DNA from: an uncultured Candidatus Saccharibacteria bacterium
GTDB taxonomy: Bacteria; Patescibacteriota; Minisyncoccia; Phycocordibacterales; JACOZG01
Reading direction: 5' to 3'
NCBI GenBank assembly: GCA_965230925.1
Contig: OZ246403.1
Location: 530,230 to 594,229, forward strand
DNA length: 64,000 nucleotides
Shown here piece after piece: positions 9,815-17,732 of this stretch (the stretch's first letter is position 1; each line of letters starts with the position of its first letter). The translations under genes were made by a program, and so were the position numbers. The notes beneath the pieces are model-generated. The model made no database searches and was not told the DNA's origin. It saw only the letters and a list, made by a program, of their open reading frames with translations.

Positions 9815-10909
9815 ATGAAAAAATTAATCTGGATCGTCATTATCTTAATAATCCTTGGGGCGATTTGGTTTGTGGTTGGTAAACAAGAACCAGTGACTTC
9901 TGGTGAATCCATTAAGCTTGGTGTTATTGTCGGTACGAGTGGTCAATACGCTCCAGCCGGGGAGGCTTATGTCAAAGGTTTTAATTTGGCTTTAGAGCAA
10001 TGGAATAATTCTTCCCAAACACCTAAATTTGAAGCTGTTTTCGAAGATGATGGATTTGAAGCCGTAAAGGGATTATCGGCCTACAAAAAATTACGCGAGG
10101 CCAACAAAGTGAATGGATACGCTATTCTTTCTTCCTTCACTATTGATGCAGTCTACGATCTGGTTCATCAAGAGGATAAGCCAGTAGCGTTGGGATTTGA
10201 ACAAAGTCGGCCAGCTGAGGCCGATAATATTTTTCAAGTTTTGCCAGCAGCTAAACCGGTTCAGGCTGGCTTGGGACAGAAAATGAAAGAGTTGGGATAC
10301 CAGAAGCCGGCTGCCGCGGTGAGCAATAATACGCCCGTTTATCAAAATTTTTATGACGGCTTTAGAGAGGGTTACGGATCAGAAGTGCAGAAATTTGAAA
10401 TTGGGAGTGATGTTGGAGGGATTCGATCCCAGGCTTTGGCTTTGTTAGCCGCTCGGCCTGATGTTATCGCTTTCTTTATGGCACCCAAAGAGGGTGCTTT
10501 GTTGGTGAAAGAGATTCTAAAAATTACAACCTCGGAGAATCGACCTGATTTTGCTTTTGACCAAAGTGTGCAGTCGGGATCAACCGATTACCAATCTATC
10601 CTTGCCGGCGAACTCACAAAAATTGATGGTAGTCTCGTCTCTATGTCGAGGAATGATCTGAGCGAAATGTTCAAAAGTGCATTCAAAGAGAAATATAGTA
10701 TGGATGTACCATTTGGTGCTGATATGGGCTATAACTCCTTTACGCTTCTCGCGTCAACCTATGATTCTGACCCGAACATTTGGATTAATAATATGAAAAT
10801 GGCTCGTATCGCAGGCTCGGATGGTGAGATTTATTTTGATGAAAATGGTCTCAGAGTACCAAACATATTTTTTGGTACCATAAAGAACGGTCAGGTTCTT
10901 ACTCAGTAA
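9815..10909 (+). CDS. Liv-type ABC substrate-binding protein #6
   Basis: TM anchor; IKLGVIVGTSG, EDDGF, ADMGY, GEIYFDENG. Confidence 0.88.
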   Translation: MKKLIWIVIILIILGAIWFVVGKQEPVTSGESIKLGVIVGTSGQYAPAGEAYVKGFNLALEQWNNSSQTPKFEAVFEDDGFEAVKGLSAYKKLREANKVNGYAILSSFTIDAVYDLVHQEDKPVALGFEQSRPAEADNIFQVLPAAKPVQAGLGQKMKELGYQKPAAAVSNNTPVYQNFYDGFREGYGSEVQKFEIGSDVGGIRSQALALLAARPDVIAFFMAPKEGALLVKEILKITTSENRPDFAFDQSVQSGSTDYQSILAGELTKIDGSLVSMSRNDLSEMFKSAFKEKYSMDVPFGADMGYNSFTLLASTYDSDPNIWINNMKMARIAGSDGEIYFDENGLRVPNIFFGTIKNGQVLTQ

Positions 10910-10912
10910 TTT

Positions 10913-11644
10913 ATGCCCACGCTGCAGACAAAAAATGTGGTGAAGCGTTTTGACGGGGTCCATGCGGTGGATCATCTTTCGGTTGAGTTCCGGCCCGGGG
11001 AAATTACGGGGATCATCGGTCCCAATGGCTCGGGCAAGTCGACTTTGATTAATACTCTCACTGGGATGATCCCGCTCGATGGCGGTGTAGTGAAAATTGC
11101 CGATACCGGGCTTGAACGGATTGAGGCCTTCGACGTTATTAATTACGGCATTACCCGCACCTTCCAAGACGTGCGACTCTTTGAGCAAATGCCGGTGCTC
11201 GACAATGTTCTGGTGGTGCTCACCGAGCGGCAGGTTTTTGCCTCGCTCTTCGAGCGTCATAGGGCTTTCCACCTCGAGCAGGCCGAGGCGGTGCTCACTC
11301 GTGTGGGTCTCTGGGGTAAGCGCCATGAACTGGCCGCCAATCTCTCCTACGGCCAGCGCAAGCTCCTCGAGATCGCCCGAGCGCTTGCGATGAAGGCCGA
11401 GATTTACTTTTTCGACGAGCCCTTTGCCGGTCTCTTCCCCGAGATGGTGAAGACGGTGGTGGTGGTGCTCCAGGAGTTGCGCGCGGCGGGGAAAGCGATT
11501 ATTCTCGTAGAGCACAATATGGACTTGATCCGCGAGCTTTCCGATCGGGTGATCGTGATGGATAGCGGTAAGCTCCTCGCCGAGGGTGAGCCAGAAGCGG
11601 TGCTGAAGCGGCCGGAAGTAATAGAGGCTTATTTAGGAGAATAA
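10913..11644 (+). CDS. livG: Branched-chain amino acid ABC ATPase LivG
   Basis: GPNGSGKST, GITRTFQ, LSYGQRKLLEIARAL, DEP, VEHNM, VIEAYLG. Confidence 0.94.
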   Translation: MPTLQTKNVVKRFDGVHAVDHLSVEFRPGEITGIIGPNGSGKSTLINTLTGMIPLDGGVVKIADTGLERIEAFDVINYGITRTFQDVRLFEQMPVLDNVLVVLTERQVFASLFERHRAFHLEQAEAVLTRVGLWGKRHELAANLSYGQRKLLEIARALAMKAEIYFFDEPFAGLFPEMVKTVVVVLQELRAAGKAIILVEHNMDLIRELSDRVIVMDSGKLLAEGEPEAVLKRPEVIEAYLGE

Positions 11645-11653
11645 TTTTTTAAT

Positions 11654-12739
11654 ATGAACAAAATCATTGGTTGGATTGTTGCGGTCATTCTGGTCGGTAT
11701 TATTGCCTGGACATTTGTTGGCAAAGATCAGCCGGCGGCAAACGGCTTTAATCTAGGACTAATTAGTATTTTGAGCGGGGATTATGCCGTGGTGGGAGAA
11801 AATATTCGCAATGGTGTGATTTTAGCTAGTGAAGAATACAATCAGGCTCATCCAGATGCCCAAATTAAACTTGTTACAGAAGACGATGGATTTAATGGTG
11901 GTAAGGGTTTGAGTGCCTATCGGAAAATGACCACGGTCGACAACATTGATGCGTTGATTAATGTTTCTACACCAACTATTGATGCAATTTACGAAGCGGT
12001 GACGGCGACGAAGTTACCGGTGATCCAGCTCGGTGAACAAGGCCGTGAGCCGAGTGATGATAATGTGATTGGTATCTTTCCGAGTAGTATTGCTTCGGAA
12101 TATGACTACGGTGTTTATCTGAGGAATAAAGGGATCACCCAGATGGACTTAGTGTATACCAATATCGATGCCATGGTTCGTTTCGTCGATAGCTTCAAGA
12201 AGGGTTTCCAAGGCCAAACGACTGATTTCATCATTCAAGCTGACGAGAAGGATCTTCGAACCCATGCTCTCAAGGTGGCCGTGGCTAATCCGTCTACCCT
12301 CGGCTTGTTCATTGTTCCTCAGCAAGGGGCGCAGTTTATGAAGGAATTTTTGAAGGTGAAGAAAACTGATCCACAGCTTTTCTTTGATGCCAATTTCCAA
12401 TCCGGCTTTTCTGATTATGAGCGGATTCTCGGTGATCTCACGGTCTTAGACGGAACCTTGGTTGGTACCGTAGATTCAACGGTTGCGGATTCATTTAAAG
12501 AGGCGTACAAAAAGCGCTTTAATTCTGATGCCGGATTTTTGGCCGATATGGGGTATGACGCCTTCAACCTTCTCGTTGCTACGCGCAATGCCGATCAGGT
12601 GGCGTGGCTCAATAATCTTAAGAAGGCTAATTATAGCGGAGTGAGCGGCAATATTCAGTTTGATCCAGCCGGCAATCGCCAACCAAAAACGAAAGTGATG
12701 GTGGTGAAAAATGGAGTGATTAGTGATCTAGAGCAATAA
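11654..12739 (+). CDS. Liv-type ABC substrate-binding protein #7
   Basis: TM anchor MNKIIGW; LGLISILSG, EDDGF, ADMGYDA, GVSGNIQFD. Confidence 0.9.
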   Translation: MNKIIGWIVAVILVGIIAWTFVGKDQPAANGFNLGLISILSGDYAVVGENIRNGVILASEEYNQAHPDAQIKLVTEDDGFNGGKGLSAYRKMTTVDNIDALINVSTPTIDAIYEAVTATKLPVIQLGEQGREPSDDNVIGIFPSSIASEYDYGVYLRNKGITQMDLVYTNIDAMVRFVDSFKKGFQGQTTDFIIQADEKDLRTHALKVAVANPSTLGLFIVPQQGAQFMKEFLKVKKTDPQLFFDANFQSGFSDYERILGDLTVLDGTLVGTVDSTVADSFKEAYKKRFNSDAGFLADMGYDAFNLLVATRNADQVAWLNNLKKANYSGVSGNIQFDPAGNRQPKTKVMVVKNGVISDLEQ

Positions 12740-12745
12740 ATTAAT

Positions 12746-13756
12746 ATGAACAAAGTCATCAAGATTATTATCGCCATTATTGTTCTCGGATTCTTGGTCT
12801 GGGCCGTGGGAACAAAGTCGGAGCCAAATGAGCCCGGAGAAAACACCCCGATCAAGATTGGTGTTATCGCACCGCTGACTGGTCCGGTGGCGGATTATGG
12901 TGAAGAGGTGCGCAAGGGCGTAATGGCTGGCGCTCCGGCGAGTGGTGTGGAATTTGTGTTTGAAGATGATAAGTGTGATCCGAAAGAGGCGGTCTCAGCC
13001 TTTAAGAAGCTCGCTGAGTTCGATAAGATGCAGTTCATCATTGGTCCGGCTTGTGGCTCGTCGCAAGAGGCGATTGTGCCCTTGCTCGCCGGGAAGGAAA
13101 TAATGACGGTGGTGCCAGCTGCGGCCTCTTCAGCTCTCTATGCGCAAAGTGGCAATAACTTTTTCAACATCCAGTACTCGCTCCAAGATGAATCCAAGTT
13201 CGTGGCCGAGAAAATGACCGCGCTCGGTTATACCAAGGTGGCGCTCGTGAGTTACGCCAATGCTTTCTCCAAGGCCCATGCCGACAGTTTCCGCGAGCAC
13301 TTCGCTGGCACTATTGCCATTGATTCCGTGATCACTGACGAGAACACCAATCTCGCCACCGAGGTGACCAAGATTAAAGCGGCGCGAGTAGACGCGATTT
13401 ACTCACCCGACATTTCTTTTTTCTTCGCGAGTGGTCTCGCTAAACTCCGTGAGCAAGGAGTGATTGCGCCTGTCTTTTCTACCTATGTAGTGGAGTTGCC
13501 GGCTGTGCGCGAGGTGGTGGCCGATGTAATGTATTCTTACCCCGCCGAGATTGCCGATACCGAAGCAGCGGTTTTTGGTCTCTCCAAGCGCGCGGCGGAA
13601 TTACTTTCTCAAACGGTGCTTGAATGCGAGGGTGCTTACCAATGCGTGCACGACAAACTCACCTCCTCTGGCCCCTTCGACCAAAACGGCATCTACCGCC
13701 GCAGCATGCTTCTGAAGCAAATTAAGAACAGTGTGCCGACCGTTATTAATAGTTAA
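12746..13756 (+). CDS. Liv-type ABC substrate-binding protein #8
   Basis: TM anchor; IKIGVIAPLTG, EDDKCDP..GPACGS Cys pair. Confidence 0.9.
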   Translation: MNKVIKIIIAIIVLGFLVWAVGTKSEPNEPGENTPIKIGVIAPLTGPVADYGEEVRKGVMAGAPASGVEFVFEDDKCDPKEAVSAFKKLAEFDKMQFIIGPACGSSQEAIVPLLAGKEIMTVVPAAASSALYAQSGNNFFNIQYSLQDESKFVAEKMTALGYTKVALVSYANAFSKAHADSFREHFAGTIAIDSVITDENTNLATEVTKIKAARVDAIYSPDISFFFASGLAKLREQGVIAPVFSTYVVELPAVREVVADVMYSYPAEIADTEAAVFGLSKRAAELLSQTVLECEGAYQCVHDKLTSSGPFDQNGIYRRSMLLKQIKNSVPTVINS

Positions 13757-13765
13757 CGTATTATC

Positions 13766-14824
13766 ATGAACAAAACAATTGGCATCGTTGTCGCCATCAT
13801 CATTATTTTACTTATCGTCTGGGGAGTGAAGTCGAATCAACCCGCAGCACCCGGAGAAAATACGCCAATCAAAATTGGTGCCGTTTTACCTCTCACTGGC
13901 GGTGCGGCGGCTCTGGGTGAGCCAATGAAAAACGGAATGGAATTAGCGCTCAAAGATAAAAGTAATATCATTGTTCAGTATGAAGACAGTAAGGGGATAC
14001 CTGCTGAGGGTGCTTCGGCCTATCATCGTCTCATTGCTGGTGGAGTGAATGCTGTGGTGTCGGCTTATAGCAACGTGAGTGTGCCGCTTACGAAGATTGC
14101 CGAACAAAATAAAGTTCCGCTTCTGATGTCGCTCGTGGCTGCTGACAATGTCACCAATGAATATTCTTATCGTTACTATGCCACGGCGCAAAGTTATGTC
14201 GCCCCGGCCTTCACTGATCCTGCTTCGCCACTCAAGGATGTGACAGATATCGCCGTGATTTATCGTAATGATGAATATGGTAACTCAGTCAAAGCGCGGA
14301 TCACCGAGATGGCAGCGCAACATAATAAAAAGATTCTTATTGCTGAGCCTTATCAGACCAACGAAACTGATTTCTCTACCCATCTCACCAAGATTAAAGC
14401 AGCGAAGCCACAAGCGCTTCTCTTTGTTGATGGAACTCCAGCAGAAGGGGTGGCGATTCTAAAGAAAATTGATGAGTTAAAGCTAAATCTCTTGGTGATG
14501 GAAACGTCGGCAATCTTCTCTGATCCGGCCGTGCAGAAGCAGGCTCCGTTGATGACTTTTTACACCGCAGCTTTCCGCTTCTCACTTCCCGAAGACAACA
14601 CTGAATTTAAAAAGTTATATATGGACACGTATGGCACTTCACCCAACTTCGGTGCGGCTTTTGGCTACGATATTGGGACATGGCTTGCCGATTGCGTTGG
14701 TCAGGGTTCTGATGTTCAGCAATGTTTGTCGCAAACAAACTCCGTCAACGGCTTAACGGGTGAAATTACCAATATCACTAATCACGAAATTAATCCGCCC
14801 ATGTTCTTGGTGAAAGTGAACTAG
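13766..14824 (+). CDS. Liv-type ABC substrate-binding protein #9
   Basis: TM anchor; IKIGAVLPLTG, NDEYG, DFSTHLTKIK, GYD. Confidence 0.91.
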   Translation: MNKTIGIVVAIIIILLIVWGVKSNQPAAPGENTPIKIGAVLPLTGGAAALGEPMKNGMELALKDKSNIIVQYEDSKGIPAEGASAYHRLIAGGVNAVVSAYSNVSVPLTKIAEQNKVPLLMSLVAADNVTNEYSYRYYATAQSYVAPAFTDPASPLKDVTDIAVIYRNDEYGNSVKARITEMAAQHNKKILIAEPYQTNETDFSTHLTKIKAAKPQALLFVDGTPAEGVAILKKIDELKLNLLVMETSAIFSDPAVQKQAPLMTFYTAAFRFSLPEDNTEFKKLYMDTYGTSPNFGAAFGYDIGTWLADCVGQGSDVQQCLSQTNSVNGLTGEITNITNHEINPPMFLVKVN

Positions 14825-14843
14825 ATTGTGGTAGAGTAGAAGG

Positions 14844-15941
14844 ATGAACAAAACCGTCGGTTGGATTATCGCGATAATTGTTATTGTTGGCGCTTTCTGG
14901 TGGCTCAACCGAGGCCCGATTTCCGGGCCTTCAACGGATGGTCCAATCAAGATTGGCGCCCCGCTGATTTTATCAGGAGATTTTGCCAAGTATGGTGAAC
15001 GAGCCAGACGATCGATTGATTTGGCGGTAGAGAAATTTAACCAAGAACATCCGGAGATTAATGTGCAAGTGGTGTATGAAGATACTCATGCGGATCCCAA
15101 GCAGGCAGTTTCGGCCTATCGAAAATTAGTTGATCTCGATAGGGTTCAAGCTATTGTTGGTCCCTTGTTGCAAGTAGAAATGGCGGCGCTTTTGCCCCAG
15201 ATTCAGCAGGATAATATTCCCGTGTTTAGTATGGCGCCCGTCACCCGTGACTTGCGTGCTGACACTTCGAATCCTTTGGTGATCTGGCCTGACCCCACGC
15301 TGGAGGCGGGGCAAATTGCTGAATACGTTTTTAACCAAGGAGTGAAGACCGTCGCAATTCTTGGTACGCAAGATAGTTGGGAGAATGAAGTTTCTGGAGC
15401 TTTTGCGAGTAAATTTACCGCGCCCGGTGGTACTGTGACCGCCCAAGAAATTGTTTTACCCACTGCAAGTGATGTGCGTTTGGCGGTAACTAAGGTTGTT
15501 GGGACGAAGCCAGAAGCCGTTTTTCTCGGCACGTATTACAAGTTTTTCCCTTTCATTAAATCTTTAAACGAACAGGGTTACAAAGGCAAACTGTATAGTA
15601 TCGAGATTGATACCTATCTCGCTGAAGAAGCGGGGGCGCTCGCGAACGGTTTGCGTTTTATTTCTCCAGACTTTTATACTCCAGGTTTTACCGCCGAATA
15701 TCAAAATCGGTATAGCGAAGTGCCAAGTTTACCCGCTGGCCAATCCCACGACGCCGCTCAAATTCTGTTGTCGCTTATTGCTGAAGGAAAAACAGGGGAC
15801 GATCTCATAGATGCTATGGGAGCCTTGAAAGAATTTAACGGTGTGTCTGGTAAAATTATTTTCACTGATGATCACCGCGCCACCTTCCCGCTTTCAATTT
15901 TTGAGCTCCAAGATGGCCAGATTAAAAAATTAGAAAATTAA
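14844..15941 (+). CDS. Liv-type ABC substrate-binding protein #10
   Basis: TM anchor; IKIGAPLILSG, YEDTHADP, GVSGKIIF. Confidence 0.91.
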   Translation: MNKTVGWIIAIIVIVGAFWWLNRGPISGPSTDGPIKIGAPLILSGDFAKYGERARRSIDLAVEKFNQEHPEINVQVVYEDTHADPKQAVSAYRKLVDLDRVQAIVGPLLQVEMAALLPQIQQDNIPVFSMAPVTRDLRADTSNPLVIWPDPTLEAGQIAEYVFNQGVKTVAILGTQDSWENEVSGAFASKFTAPGGTVTAQEIVLPTASDVRLAVTKVVGTKPEAVFLGTYYKFFPFIKSLNEQGYKGKLYSIEIDTYLAEEAGALANGLRFISPDFYTPGFTAEYQNRYSEVPSLPAGQSHDAAQILLSLIAEGKTGDDLIDAMGALKEFNGVSGKIIFTDDHRATFPLSIFELQDGQIKKLEN

Positions 15942-16669
15942 TGCCCACGGAAACCCTTCTTGAGCTTAAGAATATTCATGTTCACTACGGCGGGGTGCGG
16001 GCGCTGGATGGTGCGAGTGTGAAGGTGGACGAAGGAGAAGTGGTGGCTTTGATGGGGCCGAACGGTGCGGGCAAGAGCACGGCCTTGAAGGCGATGTTTG
16101 GTCTCGCGCCGATTGATGAAGGCGAGGTGCGCTGGCATGGGGAGACCATTAAACCGGTGCCGCACGAGGTGGTGGCGCGCGGGATTGCCTTTGTACCTCA
16201 GGGCCGGCGAGTCTTCCGTCATCTCACCGTGCTCGAGAATTTAGAAATTGGCGGCTTCGTGGTGAAGAATAAGAAGTTGATCGCTGAGCGGATTACAGAA
16301 GTGCTGGATCTCTTGCCCGCCTTGAAGCCCAAGCTCAAAGCCAAGTCGGGAACCTTAAGTGGCGGTCAGCAACAGATGCTCGCTATCGCTCGCGGGCTCA
16401 TGGTGGACCCAAAGGTTTTATTGCTCGACGAACCATCTTTAGGTCTCGCGCCGAAGATTGTGAAAGAAGTTTTCGAAGTAATTAAAGAAATTGGCGAGAA
16501 GCGACGGATTGCGATCGTGATCGTGGAGCATAATCTTAAGACTCTGCTCGCCATCGCCACTCGCGCCTATGTGCTAGATAAAGGGCGGGTGGCCGCCGAG
16601 GGTAAACCCGCCGACCTCTTATCTGCCGGTATTTTGCAAAAAGTGTTCTTGGGAGAAGCGGTAAGCTAG
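15941..16669 (+). CDS. livF: Branched-chain amino acid ABC ATPase LivF
   Basis: GPNGAGKST, VPQGRRVF..LTVLENL, LSGGQQQMLAIARGLM, LLLDEPSLGLAP. Confidence 0.95.
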   Translation: MPTETLLELKNIHVHYGGVRALDGASVKVDEGEVVALMGPNGAGKSTALKAMFGLAPIDEGEVRWHGETIKPVPHEVVARGIAFVPQGRRVFRHLTVLENLEIGGFVVKNKKLIAERITEVLDLLPALKPKLKAKSGTLSGGQQQMLAIARGLMVDPKVLLLDEPSLGLAPKIVKEVFEVIKEIGEKRRIAIVIVEHNLKTLLAIATRAYVLDKGRVAAEGKPADLLSAGILQKVFLGEAVS

Positions 16670-16676
16670 GTTTTTG

Positions 16677-16748
16677 TGCGCGCTCTTGGATTCGAACCAA
16701 GGACCGGTCGTGTATAAGACGACTGCTCTACCGCTGAGCTAAGCGCGC
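16677..16748 (-). tRNA. tRNA-Ile (anticodon TAT/UAU)
   Basis: Reverse complement folds as a cloverleaf: acceptor GCGCGCT/AGCGCGC, anticodon arm GTCGT-CTTATAC-ACGAC, T-loop GTTCGAAT. Confidence 0.9.
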
Positions 16749-16860
16749 AAGGGGGGTTGTCCACACCCGTAGAAATATAGCAGAATTTATGCTAATCTAA
16801 TACTTGCCAAAGGGAAGTGGTTTTTATGGCTAACTTTGGCCTTAATATTAGCTTAAATTC

Positions 16861-17664
16861 ATGAATAAATATTTTATTAGTGGCGCATTAGCGCTCACGT
16901 TAGTGTTGACCCCCGCGTTTGGCATCGCAGCTAAAGTTCACGCTGCGCAGACAGAGAAAAACAGTCGACCAAGTTTATGGTCAAGAATTTTGTCGCGGTT
17001 TAATGATCGACCGGCGCCAAAGGTGGTGAAGCCAATCGAGCCTGTAATTGTTCCGCCAGAGACGGTTCTTCCTATTCCCGAGCCGCAAGTTAATGTTCTC
17101 GCCATGGTTTCTAGTAACCCTCCTTCTGGAGCGGTAATTTCTGGTCAGCCCTGGAGCACAGATGGCGCTCTTTATGGTGGTTCTAAGATTCAAATTATTG
17201 AGGTAACGATGTCGAATACGGCGACCGCGATGGTGGCAGAGGACTTCGAAGTTACTTCACCTAACCCAGACACGCCGAGGGTGGTGAGCTTGATGCCAAG
17301 CGAGAAGAACAATACCGTAAAATTGGTGCTCCAATACCCACTTCCTCTTGGTGTTTGGACCACGATTACTCACAAGGCTAGCGGCAGTAAGATTGTGCTT
17401 GGGCGCTTGCCTGGCGATGTTAATCAAGACGGTGCTTTTACCCCCCACGATATCTTGAAGATGGTAGATTATCAGAACGGTGTGGCAGATTTGCCTCTCT
17501 ATGCCGTTGACATGGATAATAGTGAGGCCTTTACTCCTGCTGACTTCTTGCGGCTCATTGATTTAATCAATGGTGCTGACAAGCTTGATCCGGTGGGAGA
17601 AGCCCGATGGTTTGGCCGCTCACTTGGTCCGAACCCACTTACGAGCCAGCCAACAGCGAACTAA
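16861..17664 (+). CDS. Secreted protein with C-terminal Ig-like + dockerin-like (double EF-hand) module
   Basis: Signal peptide; Pro-rich linker; LPGDVNQDG..D and DMDNSEAFTPADFLRLIDLING repeats. Confidence 0.75.
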   Translation: MNKYFISGALALTLVLTPAFGIAAKVHAAQTEKNSRPSLWSRILSRFNDRPAPKVVKPIEPVIVPPETVLPIPEPQVNVLAMVSSNPPSGAVISGQPWSTDGALYGGSKIQIIEVTMSNTATAMVAEDFEVTSPNPDTPRVVSLMPSEKNNTVKLVLQYPLPLGVWTTITHKASGSKIVLGRLPGDVNQDGAFTPHDILKMVDYQNGVADLPLYAVDMDNSEAFTPADFLRLIDLINGADKLDPVGEARWFGRSLGPNPLTSQPTAN

Positions 17665-17682
17665 TAAATTTATCCACTTTCC

Positions 17683-17714
17683 CAAAAAGACCTCTCAACG
17701 GAGAGGTCTTTTTG
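17683..17714 (+). terminator. Rho-independent terminator
   Basis: CAAAAAGACCTCTC-AACG-GAGAGGTCTTTTTG perfect stem with T tract. Confidence 0.8.
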
Positions 17715-17732
17715 TGTTATGATGTCGAGCGT

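Noticed and set aside
1943-15941. Integron-like cassette array for the SBP genes
   Set aside because: Intergenic gaps are under ~30 nt with no attC-like palindromes, and there is no integrase
17607-17732. Upstream extensions in the ORF track (17607, 20660, 26402, 29923, 40509, 60935)
   Set aside because: They cross terminators or neighbouring genes; downstream ATGs give proper signal peptides or family N-termini
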